Shown here: in pieces, positions 1 to 9,761 of the stretch
How positions within the stretch are numbered: position 1 is the first letter of the stretch
Layout of the letters: each line of letters opens with the position of its first letter
DNA from: a virus
Taxonomy: Duplodnaviria; Heunggongvirae; Uroviricota; Caudoviricetes
DNA: 64,000 nt
IMG/VR virus record: IMGVR_UViG_3300045988_142422
Direction: 5' to 3' (one strand)
Translations under genes and position numbers: made by a program
Notes under the pieces: model-generated
What the model saw: only the letters and a program-made list of their open reading frames with translations
The model's database searches: none
What the model was told of the DNA's origin: nothing

Positions 1-1788
1 CTTATTGCTAAGGAAAGCGAGGCTCGTGTTGAAGGCGATGCTGCAAACGCTAAACAACTGGAAGTGTTGCAGTCAACGGTAGAGGAAAGCTCCGCTGCCG
101 TTGAAGAAATGAAAAAGACGGTTGCAGAGGTCGATCGTGCCAGTGCAGAACTGACTACGAACATTGAGGCGTTAGCCAAAACAAATATTGACCTGGCTCT
201 TCGTCAAGATGAAGACCAGCACAAGCAGATGGTCAATAACGCGAAGATCGCAACAACACAGAAAACCTTTGCTGATGATATGTCTGCAATGGCCACGAAG
301 GTTGAGGAAATTCGCGTAGAAATTGGCGAAGACATTAAGGCCAGTATTCTGGAAGAGTCCACCGCTCGTGCCGATGGCGATGAAGCGTTGGCAAAGCGTG
401 TCACTCAGCTGCAATCTAAGTTTGAAGGAGATATCAGCGCGGCGATTAGTACAGAGCAGGAGGCTCGTACATCTGCCGATGAAGCTCTGACGACACAGAT
501 CACTCAGCTTGAGTCGAAAGTAAGCAACGATATCGTCGCAGCTATTAAGGAAGAGCAAGAAGCCCGAGCAACGGAAGATTCGGCTCTGGCAAGCCAGATC
601 ACCCAACTTCAGGCAAAAGTTGATGATGATATTTCTGCTGCAATACGTAGTGAGCAGGAGGCCCGAGCAAGCGGGGACTCTGCGTTAGCCAAACAAATAA
701 ACCAGCTTCAGTCAAAGGTTGACGGTGATATATCCGCTGCCATCACTCAGGAGCAGGAGGCCAGAGCAAGTGCTGACCAGGCGCTCTCACGAGAAATTAA
801 CAGCCTGCGAGCACAAACCGGAACTGATATTGCCGCAGCGGTTGCTGTAGAGACAAAAGCAAGGACTGATGCCGATAGTGCATTGTCTACCCAGATTACG
901 TCTCTTACAGCAAAAGCTAATGATCTCGAGGCGTCTCTTGCCAGAGAAACAACGGCTCGTGCAGATGGTGATACCGCTTTAACAAAAGAGGTTTCAAGTT
1001 TAAAAGCACAGACAGCGAAAGATATTAGTGCGGCCGTTGCAGTTGAAACGCAGGCTCGAACTGATGCTGACTCGGCGTTGTCGTCTCAGATCACCAAGCT
1101 GACCTCTCAATACAAAGAGGATATTAAAGCGGCTGTAGCAACCGAAACGAAAACGCGTACAGAGCAAGATGCTGCATTGGCGACTCAAATCACAAACTTA
1201 GAGTCTCAAACGGCAGCCAACATTTCCGCGGCGGTAACAACTGAAACGACAGCGAGAACGCAGGCAGATAATGCTCTGAGTGGGCGAATCGATACTCTGA
1301 AAGCAGAGGTGGATGGAAATACCGCGACAATTCAACAGCAGGCAACAGCTATTGCTGATACCAACAAAAAAGTATCAACCGCGTGGACGTTGAAAATGGA
1401 GACTTCAACGAGCGGAGGGCAGAAGTATGTTGCCGGTATTGCGCTTGGTATTGACACCACTGGGCTATCTCAGTTTTTGGTTCAGGCGGACAGGTTTGGT
1501 TTGGTCAACTCTGTTAACGGGAAGATCACAACGCCATTTGTTATCGAAAACAGTATCGCCTATATGAATGGAGCGTATATCAAGGATGGCACAATCACCA
1601 ATGCAAAAGTAGGCGATCTGCAATCTACCAATTTTGTTAGCGGTAGATCTGGATGGCGGTTCGGCAAAAATGGAACGCTTGAGATCAACGGTAATAGCGG
1701 CGGCAATGGGCGATTGGTTATAAATGGTCAGCGGATTGACGTTTATGACGATAACAACGTCCTACGAGTAAGAATTGGCCGTCTGTGA
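1..1788 (+). CDS. Tail fibre protein, 5'-truncated at window edge (repeat-rich rod plus C-terminal distal domain)
   Basis: Frame 1 is open from base 1 (track ORF 64..1788 starts at first internal Met); about ten diverged 33-residue repeats DISAAI..EQEAR..D.AL..QI.QLQ.KV; C-terminal beta-rich tail FVIENSIAYMNGAYIKDGTITNAKVGDL typical of fibre/host-specificity C-termini. Confidence 0.6.
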   Translation, partial: LIAKESEARVEGDAANAKQLEVLQSTVEESSAAVEEMKKTVAEVDRASAELTTNIEALAKTNIDLALRQDEDQHKQMVNNAKIATTQKTFADDMSAMATKVEEIRVEIGEDIKASILEESTARADGDEALAKRVTQLQSKFEGDISAAISTEQEARTSADEALTTQITQLESKVSNDIVAAIKEEQEARATEDSALASQITQLQAKVDDDISAAIRSEQEARASGDSALAKQINQLQSKVDGDISAAITQEQEARASADQALSREINSLRAQTGTDIAAAVAVETKARTDADSALSTQITSLTAKANDLEASLARETTARADGDTALTKEVSSLKAQTAKDISAAVAVETQARTDADSALSSQITKLTSQYKEDIKAAVATETKTRTEQDAALATQITNLESQTAANISAAVTTETTARTQADNALSGRIDTLKAEVDGNTATIQQQATAIADTNKKVSTAWTLKMETSTSGGQKYVAGIALGIDTTGLSQFLVQADRFGLVNSVNGKITTPFVIENSIAYMNGAYIKDGTITNAKVGDLQSTNFVSGRSGWRFGKNGTLEINGNSGGNGRLVINGQRIDVYDDNNVLRVRIGRL

Positions 1789-1819
1789 TGGTGGAAAAAA
1801 ATTTTTATATCGGTAAAAA

Positions 1820-1837
1820 TAGGTAAGTATTTACCTA
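1820..1837. promoter_or_regulatory. Palindromic motif B copy (TAGGTAAGTATTTACCTA) upstream of tail-fibre gene
   Basis: Inverted repeat TAGGTAA/TTACCTA read directly; followed by GC hairpin GGCGGGC-N7-GCCCGCC (1840-1860) and the RBS of the 1882 CDS. Confidence 0.45.
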
Positions 1838-1881
1838 ATGGCGGGCAAGGATAGCCCGCCAAATCAAGGAGCATATTCAAC

Positions 1882-4800
1882 ATGTGGTACAGGGAAGGTA
1901 CTATCACATTTACACAGGGTAGCAATACTCTGGTTGGGGCAGGGACAGCCTGGAACGTAACAGCTAATGGTGTGTTGCCGGGGATGATCGTCATTGGCCC
2001 CGACAATAAGCTGTATGAGATCAAGCGCGTAACCAGTGATACGAACATTGTTCTCTCAGAACCTTATACCGGCGAAACTCAGTCTGAAGTTCCGTGCCGA
2101 ATCATTACGACCTATGAAGGCGACTTAACACAGTTTAGCGCGCGCTTTACAGCACTAATGTCGCGTATGTCGGCTGATTCCAAGTCTATGCGCAGTTGGT
2201 TGACTGCTCTGGATGAGGTGACAATCGAGCGTGAAGACGGTACAGAAGTAACCGTTAAGCCGCTAATGCAGATCGTCAACGAGCACAACGAAAACGTTGA
2301 GTGGTATAAAAATAACACTGACGCGATTGATGCTGCTGGCGACAAAGCTCGTGAGGCGGCGGCCAGTGCTGCCGCAGCAGCAGAAAGCGCCAATACCGCT
2401 GGAGAAAAAGCCTCTCAAGCGTCTCAAAGTGTATCCGCTGCGGCATCCTCACAAAGTGCCGCAAGTGCGAGTGCAACTGCTGCGAAAAAATCTGAAACGA
2501 ATGCCGCAGCGTCACAACAATCAGCAGCCACTTCTGCATCCACCGCGACCACGAAAGCGTCAGAAGCTGCCACCTCAGCCCGGGATGCGGCGGCCTCAAA
2601 AGAGGCAGCGAAATCATCAGAAACGAACGCATCCTTGAGCGCCAGTAGCGCAGCTTCCTCGGCAACGGCGGCAGGAAATTCCGCGAAGGCGGCAAAAACG
2701 TCCGAGACGAACGCCAGGTCTTCTGAGACGGCAGCGGGACAGAGCGCCTCAGCTGCGGCAGGCTCAAAAACAGCGGCTGCGTCGTCTGCCAGTGCCGCGT
2801 CAACAAGTGCCGGGCAGGCCTCAGCCAGTGCCACCGCCGCCGGAAAATCGGCAGAAAGTGCCGCATCGTCTGCTTCAACAGCCACAACGAAGGCTGGCGA
2901 AGCCACTGAACAGGCCAGCGCAGCAGCGAGGTCTGCTTCCGCAGCGAAGACATCCGAAACGAACGCGAAAGCGTCGGAAACCAGCGCAGAATCCTCAAAA
3001 ACGGCTGCCGCATCGTCCGCCAGTTCGGCGGCGTCATCGGCATCATCTGCGTCTGCTTCAAAAGATGAGGCGACCAGACAGGCGTCAGCAGCGAAGGGCA
3101 GTGCCACGACGGCATCCACGAAAGCAACAGAGGCGGCAGGCAGTGCGACGGCAGCATCTCAGAGCAAAACTGCTGCTGAATCCGCTGCGACCCGTGCGGA
3201 AGCTGCTGCTGATCGTGCTGAAGAGATTGCCGGTGCAGTTGCGATGGAAGACGCAAGCCTTACAACTAAAGGTGTTGTGAAACTTAGCAGTGCTGTCGAC
3301 AGCACCAGTGAATCGCTGGCCGCAACGCCAAAAGCAGTTAAAGCAGCCAATGACAATGCGAATAGCAGGGTGCCATCTAACCGAAAAGTTAACGGTAAAG
3401 CACTGACTGCGGATATCACATTAACGCCGAAAGATATTGGTACTTTAAATTCAGTAACGATGTCTTTCTCTGGCGGGGCAGGGTGGTTCAAACTGGCTAC
3501 GGTTACCATGCCACAAGCGAGTTCCATCGTTTACATCGCATTGATTGGTGGCGCTGGTTACAACGTCGGCTCCCCACATCAGGCAGGTATTTCAGAACTG
3601 GTTCTACGAGCAGGCAATGGAAACCCCAAAGGGATTACAGGTGCTTTGTGGAAGCGTACAGCTGTCGGATTAACGAATTTCGCCTGGATCAACACATCCG
3701 GCGATACATATGATATTTACGTTGAGATTGGCAATTATGCGACTCGTGTAAATATCCATTGGGATTGTACTGCAAATGCGACAGTTTCTATTTATACCTC
3801 GCCAACATATTCAGCGAGTAAGCCTTCCAGCGTTACCGATGGTGTTGTTTATACGATGTATAGCTCACATCAGAAACCTACACCATCAGATATTGGAGCA
3901 CTGCCAACAACCGGAGGAACAGTTTCAGGTCCGTTGTCTGTTACAGGTGGATTAACTGGTTCATTGAATGGTAATGCAAGTACAGCCACGAAATTGCAGA
4001 CGGCAAGATCTATCGGTGGAGTTGTTTTCGACGGTTCTGCAAATATTAACCTTCCAGGTGTAAACACTACGGGTAATCAGAACACCACTGGTAATGCTGC
4101 AACTGCTACAAAACTTCAGACGGCAAGAACTATCGGCGGCGTGAGCTTTGATGGTACTGCGAATATTAATTTGCCTGGTGTAAACACGGCAGGTAATCAG
4201 AATACAACGGGCAACGCGGCTACTGCTACGAAGTTGCAAACAGCGAGAAACATCAATGGTGTTAAGTTTGATGGCTCAGGCGATATCAACATTAATACAC
4301 TGGTATCTCGTGGCCGAGTTACGGCGTTAAGTGGCTCTACTCAGGGTACTGCTGGTATTCAAATGTATGAAGCATATAGCAATAATTACCCAACATCATT
4401 CGGCAATGTTCTGCATATGAAAGGGGCGAGTGCTGCTGGTGAGGGCGAGTTGCTTATTGGCTGGAGCGGAACGGATGGTGCTCATGCACCGGTTTATGTT
4501 CGTTCACGCCGTGATACTTCGACAGCGAATTGGTCTGGTTGGGCGCAGGTCTATACCACTGCTCATAAACCCACAGCGAAAGATGTTGGGGCTGCACAGA
4601 CGTTTAGCGCGTCATACAGTACTGGGGCTGGCAACTGGACTACCGCTGAATTTATCGCATGGCTGAAGGAGCGTGGTGCTTTCGCCGTACCGTATTGGAT
4701 GATGAAAGGCTCTTGGTCATATGCCGACAATAAAATTATCACTGATACAGGTGTCGGCAATATTTGTCTTGCTGGTGCGGTTATCGAGGTTTTAGGTCAC

Positions 4801-6270
4801 GAAGGCGCAATGACCATCCGAGTTACTACGCCTACAACGACAACCGGAGGTGGTATTGCCAGTGCTCAGTTCACCTATATTAATCACGGTAGCGCGTATG
4901 CCCCTGCCTGGCGCAGAGATTACAACACGACTCTCAAACCAACTGCGGCTGATGTTGGTGCGTTGCCGAGCGGTGGCGGCACACTTTCCGGCGCACTCAC
5001 ATTATCTATGGTTGCGCCGAGTGTTCAATTACGAGGGCAAGGTACTGATACCAGGCAGTACATCATGGCTTACAGAACCGATGGTGCTACATCATGGTAT
5101 GTAGGTAAGGCTAACAACGGCTCTGATAGCGCGATGCTCTGGAACTATACGGGGGCAAACGGAGTCGAGTTGGCTGCCGATGGCAATGTGCGCATTAATG
5201 CGAAGGGTAAGCAGTTTACGTTCGCAAACAACGGCAATTTGGGGCTTGTCGCTTCGTTGGATCAAAGTTCTGTTCCACAGGGCACTTACCATCAAGTTGC
5301 TATGAACTCTGGAACCAGAGGTGCTAAATCCTATCTTCGTAAGTTCAGGGGTGGGAACGCAGATACCGTCTGGCATGAAACCGTTCAAGACGGAAATTAC
5401 CGACTTGCTACTGGTGACACTGATTCTCAGGGTGAAATGTACCTTTCGACTTCGGGTTGGGTTCGTTTCCGTGGTGAAGTTGTTTCAGAATCGGCCAATG
5501 GTTTGCGAGCCGCATTCGGTAACTTCGGTTTCTTTATCCGAAATGATGGAACGAACACTTATTTCCTTTTGACAGCTTCAGGTGACAAGTACGGTTCTTG
5601 GAATGGTTTGCGGCCTCTGACTATCAACAATGTCAGTGGCGCAGTGTCAATGAGCAACGGACTAACTGTTGCTGGTGGACTTAATGTAACGAGCGGAAAC
5701 CTGAAAATCTCGACGTCCAGCACATCGTGGATCGACATGAGAGCAGGCGTAGCCCTTTCGAACTCTTCAGCTGTTTCGACGTCATCCGCTTCGGCGATAG
5801 TCCGTCAAGAACACGCCGATCGCCATTTCATTCTTGGCGGTTTGGGTAACTCGCAGTTCGGGATTTACATGATTAACAAATCTCGAACTGCGAACGGCAC
5901 TGACGCTGCCGCTTATCTCCAGAACGACGGCACTTGGGTTTGCGCAGGCAACGGTAGTTTTAATGACGTTTACATCCGTTCCGACCGCCGTAGTAAGCGC
6001 AATATTCGCAAAATTGAGCGGGCGCTCGACAAGCTGGAGCAGATCGAAGGTGTTCTCTACGAGATTCAGGTCTGTGGCCGTTATGAGCAGTCTGGTGGCC
6101 TCATCGCTCAGGATGTCCAGAATGTTCAGCCTGAACTGGTAACGGTCGACCATAACGATCAGTCAGGAGAGCCTCGTCTGCGTCTTAACTACAACGGCGT
6201 TATCGGCATGTTGGTTGAGGCTGTCAAAGAGCTGCGCGAGGAAGTGCGCGAACTGAAGGCAAAAATGTAA
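1882..6270 (+). CDS. Long (L-shaped-type) tail fibre protein with C-terminal intramolecular chaperone (peptidase S74-like) domain
   Basis: 1462 aa; long Ala/Ser/Thr-rich low-complexity tract; repeated NLPGVNTTGNQNTTGNAATATKLQTAR units; C-terminus SDRRSKRNIRKIERALDKLEQIEGVLYEI...LRLNYNGVIGMLVEAVKEL matches the autoproteolytic chaperone module of fibre/endosialidase proteins (from memory). Confidence 0.8.
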   Translation: MWYREGTITFTQGSNTLVGAGTAWNVTANGVLPGMIVIGPDNKLYEIKRVTSDTNIVLSEPYTGETQSEVPCRIITTYEGDLTQFSARFTALMSRMSADSKSMRSWLTALDEVTIEREDGTEVTVKPLMQIVNEHNENVEWYKNNTDAIDAAGDKAREAAASAAAAAESANTAGEKASQASQSVSAAASSQSAASASATAAKKSETNAAASQQSAATSASTATTKASEAATSARDAAASKEAAKSSETNASLSASSAASSATAAGNSAKAAKTSETNARSSETAAGQSASAAAGSKTAAASSASAASTSAGQASASATAAGKSAESAASSASTATTKAGEATEQASAAARSASAAKTSETNAKASETSAESSKTAAASSASSAASSASSASASKDEATRQASAAKGSATTASTKATEAAGSATAASQSKTAAESAATRAEAAADRAEEIAGAVAMEDASLTTKGVVKLSSAVDSTSESLAATPKAVKAANDNANSRVPSNRKVNGKALTADITLTPKDIGTLNSVTMSFSGGAGWFKLATVTMPQASSIVYIALIGGAGYNVGSPHQAGISELVLRAGNGNPKGITGALWKRTAVGLTNFAWINTSGDTYDIYVEIGNYATRVNIHWDCTANATVSIYTSPTYSASKPSSVTDGVVYTMYSSHQKPTPSDIGALPTTGGTVSGPLSVTGGLTGSLNGNASTATKLQTARSIGGVVFDGSANINLPGVNTTGNQNTTGNAATATKLQTARTIGGVSFDGTANINLPGVNTAGNQNTTGNAATATKLQTARNINGVKFDGSGDININTLVSRGRVTALSGSTQGTAGIQMYEAYSNNYPTSFGNVLHMKGASAAGEGELLIGWSGTDGAHAPVYVRSRRDTSTANWSGWAQVYTTAHKPTAKDVGAAQTFSASYSTGAGNWTTAEFIAWLKERGAFAVPYWMMKGSWSYADNKIITDTGVGNICLAGAVIEVLGHEGAMTIRVTTPTTTTGGGIASAQFTYINHGSAYAPAWRRDYNTTLKPTAADVGALPSGGGTLSGALTLSMVAPSVQLRGQGTDTRQYIMAYRTDGATSWYVGKANNGSDSAMLWNYTGANGVELAADGNVRINAKGKQFTFANNGNLGLVASLDQSSVPQGTYHQVAMNSGTRGAKSYLRKFRGGNADTVWHETVQDGNYRLATGDTDSQGEMYLSTSGWVRFRGEVVSESANGLRAAFGNFGFFIRNDGTNTYFLLTASGDKYGSWNGLRPLTINNVSGAVSMSNGLTVAGGLNVTSGNLKISTSSTSWIDMRAGVALSNSSAVSTSSASAIVRQEHADRHFILGGLGNSQFGIYMINKSRTANGTDAAAYLQNDGTWVCAGNGSFNDVYIRSDRRSKRNIRKIERALDKLEQIEGVLYEIQVCGRYEQSGGLIAQDVQNVQPELVTVDHNDQSGEPRLRLNYNGVIGMLVEAVKELREEVRELKAKM

Positions 6271-6279
6271 TCAAGGTGA

Positions 6280-7119
6280 ATGGTGAGGGGACACCCTCAC
6301 CAATTCAGGATATTCACATCAAAAAGGAGATTAGATGTGCCAATTGTCGGTGTTCCCGGTTGGATTGGGTCTTCGGCTGTCAGTGTGACAGGCCAGAGAT
6401 GGATGAGTGCGGCTCGAACGGCGGTGCAACTGCCAGCGGCTGGTTCAATGTCTCAAATGGCCGGGCGATCTAAAGAAGTTCAGTACAGCATCGGTGCGAA
6501 TCATAACTACAACAAAGACACACTGATCAACTATTTAAAATCCCAGGGGGCGACGCCAGTCGTTGTTACCATTACAGGGGATCTGGTGTCGTCCAGTAGC
6601 GGCGTGCCATGTTTAGATTTCCCGAGTTCACTTACCAACTCTTATATCAGCCTTGTAATCAACGCAGGTGTGACTGTCTATGGACGCGGTGGCAATGGTG
6701 GTAGTAACGCTGCCGGTGCTGCTGGTGGTAACGCAATTAATAATGGCATCGGTACACGCTTGCGTATTACGAATAATGGTGCAATCGCTGGAGGTGGTGG
6801 CGGCGGTGGCGGCGGTAACAGGGGTAAACTAATATTTGGTGGTGGCGGTGGTCGCCCATTCGGTGCTGGTGGGTCTTCCTCTCATATGAGTTCCGGTGCA
6901 ACTGCTGGTACTATTTCCGCTCCTGGTAAAGGATCTGTTGGTGAGGGGTCTCTTAGTGCATATACAGGCGGTTCGGGTGGTAATGTCGGTGCTGCTGGAG
7001 GAAGATGTAATACTCAAGGTAACGGTACAGAATATAACGGCGGAGCAGCTGGTAAAGCTGTTACTGGTAATGCTCCAACTTGGACTAAAGTTGGGGCAAT
7101 TTACGGCGCTCATGTGTAA
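6280..7119 (+). CDS. Glycine-rich protein of unknown function (possible fibre-associated protein)
   Basis: ORF directly after fibre gene; poly-Gly tracts GGGGGGGGGNRGKLIFGGGGGRPFGAGG; alternative GTG start at 6337 preceded by AAGGAGA. Confidence 0.45.
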   Translation: MVRGHPHQFRIFTSKRRLDVPIVGVPGWIGSSAVSVTGQRWMSAARTAVQLPAAGSMSQMAGRSKEVQYSIGANHNYNKDTLINYLKSQGATPVVVTITGDLVSSSSGVPCLDFPSSLTNSYISLVINAGVTVYGRGGNGGSNAAGAAGGNAINNGIGTRLRITNNGAIAGGGGGGGGGNRGKLIFGGGGGRPFGAGGSSSHMSSGATAGTISAPGKGSVGEGSLSAYTGGSGGNVGAAGGRCNTQGNGTEYNGGAAGKAVTGNAPTWTKVGAIYGAHV

Positions 7120-7193
7120 GTACTTACCTACCAAGTGTGGGCGTTTTATGATATAAAACCGCCATCCCGATTTGACGATTCATGGAGGAAATA

Positions 7194-7517
7194 ATGTCGA
7201 ACGAGATGGCAGGCGTAACGCCAGAGCAGGTAGAGCGCATTGCCGCTATCGTTGCGCGTGAAGTTGTCGGCAAATTAGGTAAGGAGTTGCGTGAGGAAAT
7301 TGGCCAGGAGGTCAACGACCAGCTCAAAACCTACTTTGGCGATATGACGCCTTCGCAACACAGCATTCAGCACTCCAACCTGGACAAACTACTTAATCGG
7401 CTAGACGCCATCTCCAGCGGGTTCTTTGGCGGCATTATCTCAAAGATAACGTCGTTCCTGATTACCGCGCTGCTGCTGGGTCTGGCCGCTTATGGCGTGA
7501 AGAATGGACTGCAATAA
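7194..7517 (+). CDS. Small protein with C-terminal transmembrane helix (holin-like candidate)
   Basis: Second ATG at 7194 preceded by GGAGGA; C-terminal hydrophobic segment GGIISKITSFLITALLLGLAAYGV; sits at head of lysis-like cassette. Confidence 0.4.
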   Translation: MSNEMAGVTPEQVERIAAIVAREVVGKLGKELREEIGQEVNDQLKTYFGDMTPSQHSIQHSNLDKLLNRLDAISSGFFGGIISKITSFLITALLLGLAAYGVKNGLQ

Positions 7518-7530
7518 CAGGAGATCAAGG

Positions 7531-8223
7531 ATGAAAACTCCGAGAGGCATTCGTAATAACAACCCTGGCAACCTCGACAAAGGTTCGCCGTGGCAGGGGC
7601 TAATCGACAACCCTGCCGAACCGCGCTTTTGCACGTTTAAAGACCCTGTTTGGGGGATTCGTGCGCTGGCGGTGACTCTAATTACCTACCACGATAAACG
7701 TCGCGCAAAAGACGGCACAAGTATCGATACCATTCGTGAAGTTATTGAACGCTGGGCACCGCCGAATGAAAACAATACTGACGCCTACATTAATGAGGTG
7801 TCTAAAGCCGTTGGTGTAACCGCAGACATGATCATCGATCTGCATGATTACGACATCCTTCGACCTTTGGTTGAGGCAATCATTCGCCACGAGAATGGCC
7901 GAGGCCCGCTAAAAACGCTGAACACCTGGTATGCGGCAGAAGTTATTGAGGAAGGTCTGCGTCGAGCTGGCGTTGTTAAGCCGGTGAAAACCGTGAAGGC
8001 TGTTCCTGTAACTAAAGAAACCGCAGGCGCAACTGTTACAGCAGGTATTGGTCTGGCGCAGCTGGCCGATGTTATGCCGCAGGTTTCCGCTGCTATGGAT
8101 AAAGCACAAGGTCATATCTCTAGCGGGGATACAGTACGCATCATCTTCGGTATTGCCACTATTGTTGTGGCAGGATTCATTGCCTGGTCGCAGGTAAGAA
8201 AACACCAGAAAGGGATGGTCTAA
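7531..8223 (+). CDS. Membrane-anchored protein with conserved RGIRNNNPGN motif; possible cell-wall hydrolase of the lysis cassette
   Basis: ATG 7531 preceded by AGGAGA; N-terminal motif RGIRNNNPGNL...W.G; C-terminal hydrophobic helix IIFGIATIVVAGFIAW; function inferred from position only. Confidence 0.3.
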   Translation: MKTPRGIRNNNPGNLDKGSPWQGLIDNPAEPRFCTFKDPVWGIRALAVTLITYHDKRRAKDGTSIDTIREVIERWAPPNENNTDAYINEVSKAVGVTADMIIDLHDYDILRPLVEAIIRHENGRGPLKTLNTWYAAEVIEEGLRRAGVVKPVKTVKAVPVTKETAGATVTAGIGLAQLADVMPQVSAAMDKAQGHISSGDTVRIIFGIATIVVAGFIAWSQVRKHQKGMV

Positions 8224-8224
8224 T

Positions 8225-8476
8225 ATGCTAGGCAGCCTGATGACAAAGCTAAAAGTTGCTTTGATTACGCTGGCTGCCGTTCTTTTCGTTCTTGTCGGCG
8301 CTTACACGATGGGCGGGAATGCGGCGCGACGAGCAATGGAAGAGAAGGCAAAACAGGAAGACAGAAAACGACTTCAAAACACAGTGAAAGTGGTGAATGA
8401 GACGAGCAGTAAAATACGTCAGAAAGATGCTTCTGCCGTTCATCGTGAGTTGTATGATAAGTGGGTGCGTCATTAA
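8225..8476 (+). CDS. Rz-like inner-membrane spanin (i-spanin)
   Basis: N-terminal TM segment VALITLAAVLFVLVGAY followed by charged coiled-coil region; overlaps an embedded lipoprotein ORF in another frame. Confidence 0.6.
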   Translation: MLGSLMTKLKVALITLAAVLFVLVGAYTMGGNAARRAMEEKAKQEDRKRLQNTVKVVNETSSKIRQKDASAVHRELYDKWVRH

Positions 8477-8612
8477 ACCACAAACAGCCAGCGTGTTGTT
8501 CTGCGATGGGGCTGAGCCTATCTATATCAGCAATAATGATGTAATGACTGAAGAAACCGAACGCCAAATCCTTTTTCACAATACGATGGGAGAGAGGGTT
8601 TGTGGTTGGTGA
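8397..8612 (+). CDS. Rz1-like outer-membrane lipoprotein spanin (o-spanin), overlapping Rz in a different frame
   Basis: Basic n-region then hydrophobic stretch and lipobox-like ISGC (MRRAVKYVRKMLLPFIVSCMISGC); starts inside the 8225 ORF and extends past it, the classic overlapped spanin architecture. Confidence 0.6.
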   Translation: MRRAVKYVRKMLLPFIVSCMISGCVIKPQTASVLFCDGAEPIYISNNDVMTEETERQILFHNTMGERVCGW

Positions 8613-8644
8613 TGTCGAAGTTCCCCTCAAATGAGGGGAACACA

Positions 8645-9166
8645 TTATTCTTCGAACAATTTTTCGATAGATTTTGTAGGATAGAACAAAGAACGCTCGT
8701 TGTTACCAACCAGCTGGATAAAGCCTAAACTTTTATAAAACGCCTTGGCTTTGTCATTTAACGCCTCAACGAAAAGTCCATGAATGCCTACAGCAAGAGA
8801 TGCATTGTACACAACGCGCATTGCATGTGTTACAAGCATTGAGCCAAATCCTTGACCTTGAAGGGACTTGTCCAAAGCCAGCCTACCCAAAGTAACACTT
8901 GGAACATTCCGATAAGGAACCTTCTTTTGTTTGCTTCTTGAAGGTAAGGACTCCTTTTCAAAACAACTACCTGACAAAGTGTAATATCCTAACACTTTTG
9001 GCCTTTCTTCTTGAGTGCAAAGCACATAAGCACGAAGAATTTTTCCCTCATGCTGCCTTTTTAAGTGGTTGGCTAAAAAGGCGTTTAGTGACTCTTCGCC
9101 GCAATCAAAACCGTTTAGATCATAATCTTTCTCTCCAGAGAAAATCTCTATCGTTGTATTGCTCAC
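8645..9166 (-). CDS. GNAT-family acetyltransferase toxin (TacT/AtaT-like)
   Basis: 173 aa; acetyl-CoA motif LQGQGFGSML; directly downstream of a DUF1778-like antitoxin ORF on same strand. Confidence 0.7.
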   Translation of the reverse strand: MSNTTIEIFSGEKDYDLNGFDCGEESLNAFLANHLKRQHEGKILRAYVLCTQEERPKVLGYYTLSGSCFEKESLPSRSKQKKVPYRNVPSVTLGRLALDKSLQGQGFGSMLVTHAMRVVYNASLAVGIHGLFVEALNDKAKAFYKSLGFIQLVGNNERSLFYPTKSIEKLFEE

Positions 9167-9173
9167 GAGTAAA

Positions 9174-9443
9174 CTACTCCATGCTTTTCAGACGATCAGC
9201 AGCTCGTTTCAGCTTGTCGTTCGGTGCCGGAGGATTGCTTATAGCGTCCATAACCAGATTCCAGGATTCTTCATTCAGAACTAGTCTACGGTGTTGCTCT
9301 ATAACTTTCACGGCACGTTCAGATGCACTGCTAACCATAAACTGAGTAATGCTCTGGTTAGACATTGCGGCAGCTTCCTCGATGATGCTTTTATCGTCAT
9401 CGGTTAATCTCAAATCGATGCGCTGCTTTTTTAGTGCTGACAT
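9174..9443 (-). CDS. DUF1778/RHH-type antitoxin (TacA-like) partner of GNAT toxin
   Basis: About 90 aa from ATG preceded by AGGAGGA (track ORF starts further upstream); sequence MSALKKQRIDLRLTDDDKSIIEEAA...SITQFMV matches DUF1778 antitoxins from memory; 7 bp from toxin start. Confidence 0.7.
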   Translation of the reverse strand: MSALKKQRIDLRLTDDDKSIIEEAAAMSNQSITQFMVSSASERAVKVIEQHRRLVLNEESWNLVMDAISNPPAPNDKLKRAADRLKSME

Positions 9444-9713
9444 GTATTCCTCCTGATGGCCGTGATGTAGGAAGGCCATCAATCTCCTCTGTTCAAACTG
9501 AGTTTTCGACTCAAAAATTACTTTAAAAGGCTATAGCCCATTACGTGTGCATTATCAAATTGTGTACGGCATATCACCGTACTTGTAATATAGAGGTCAT
9601 TGTTACTTTTTTCAACAGACAAATACAAGCTATGATTGCCAATTGTTAATCACAACCTACCATTTAACCTTTACACCGCAGCCGTAGGCATTTAGGCTAT
9701 ATCACATATAAGA

Positions 9714-9726
9714 AAACAAGTTGTTT
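9714..9726. promoter_or_regulatory. Palindromic motif A copy (AAACAAGTTGTTT) upstream of parA
   Basis: Perfect 6+1+6 inverted repeat, 36 nt upstream of parA ATG. Confidence 0.4.
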
Positions 9727-9761
9727 CAGACGATAATTATATACGCAAAGGGAACTCTCCA

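Noticed and set aside
2276-3280. Long ORFs on both strands inside the tail-fibre gene (2276..3256 minus, 2424..3119 minus, 2792..3280 plus, 2297..2638 plus)
   Set aside because: They lie within the Ala/Ser-rich low-complexity tract of the 1882..6270 gene, where GC-rich repetitive codons keep alternative frames open; products are Pro/Arg/Gln-rich nonsense.
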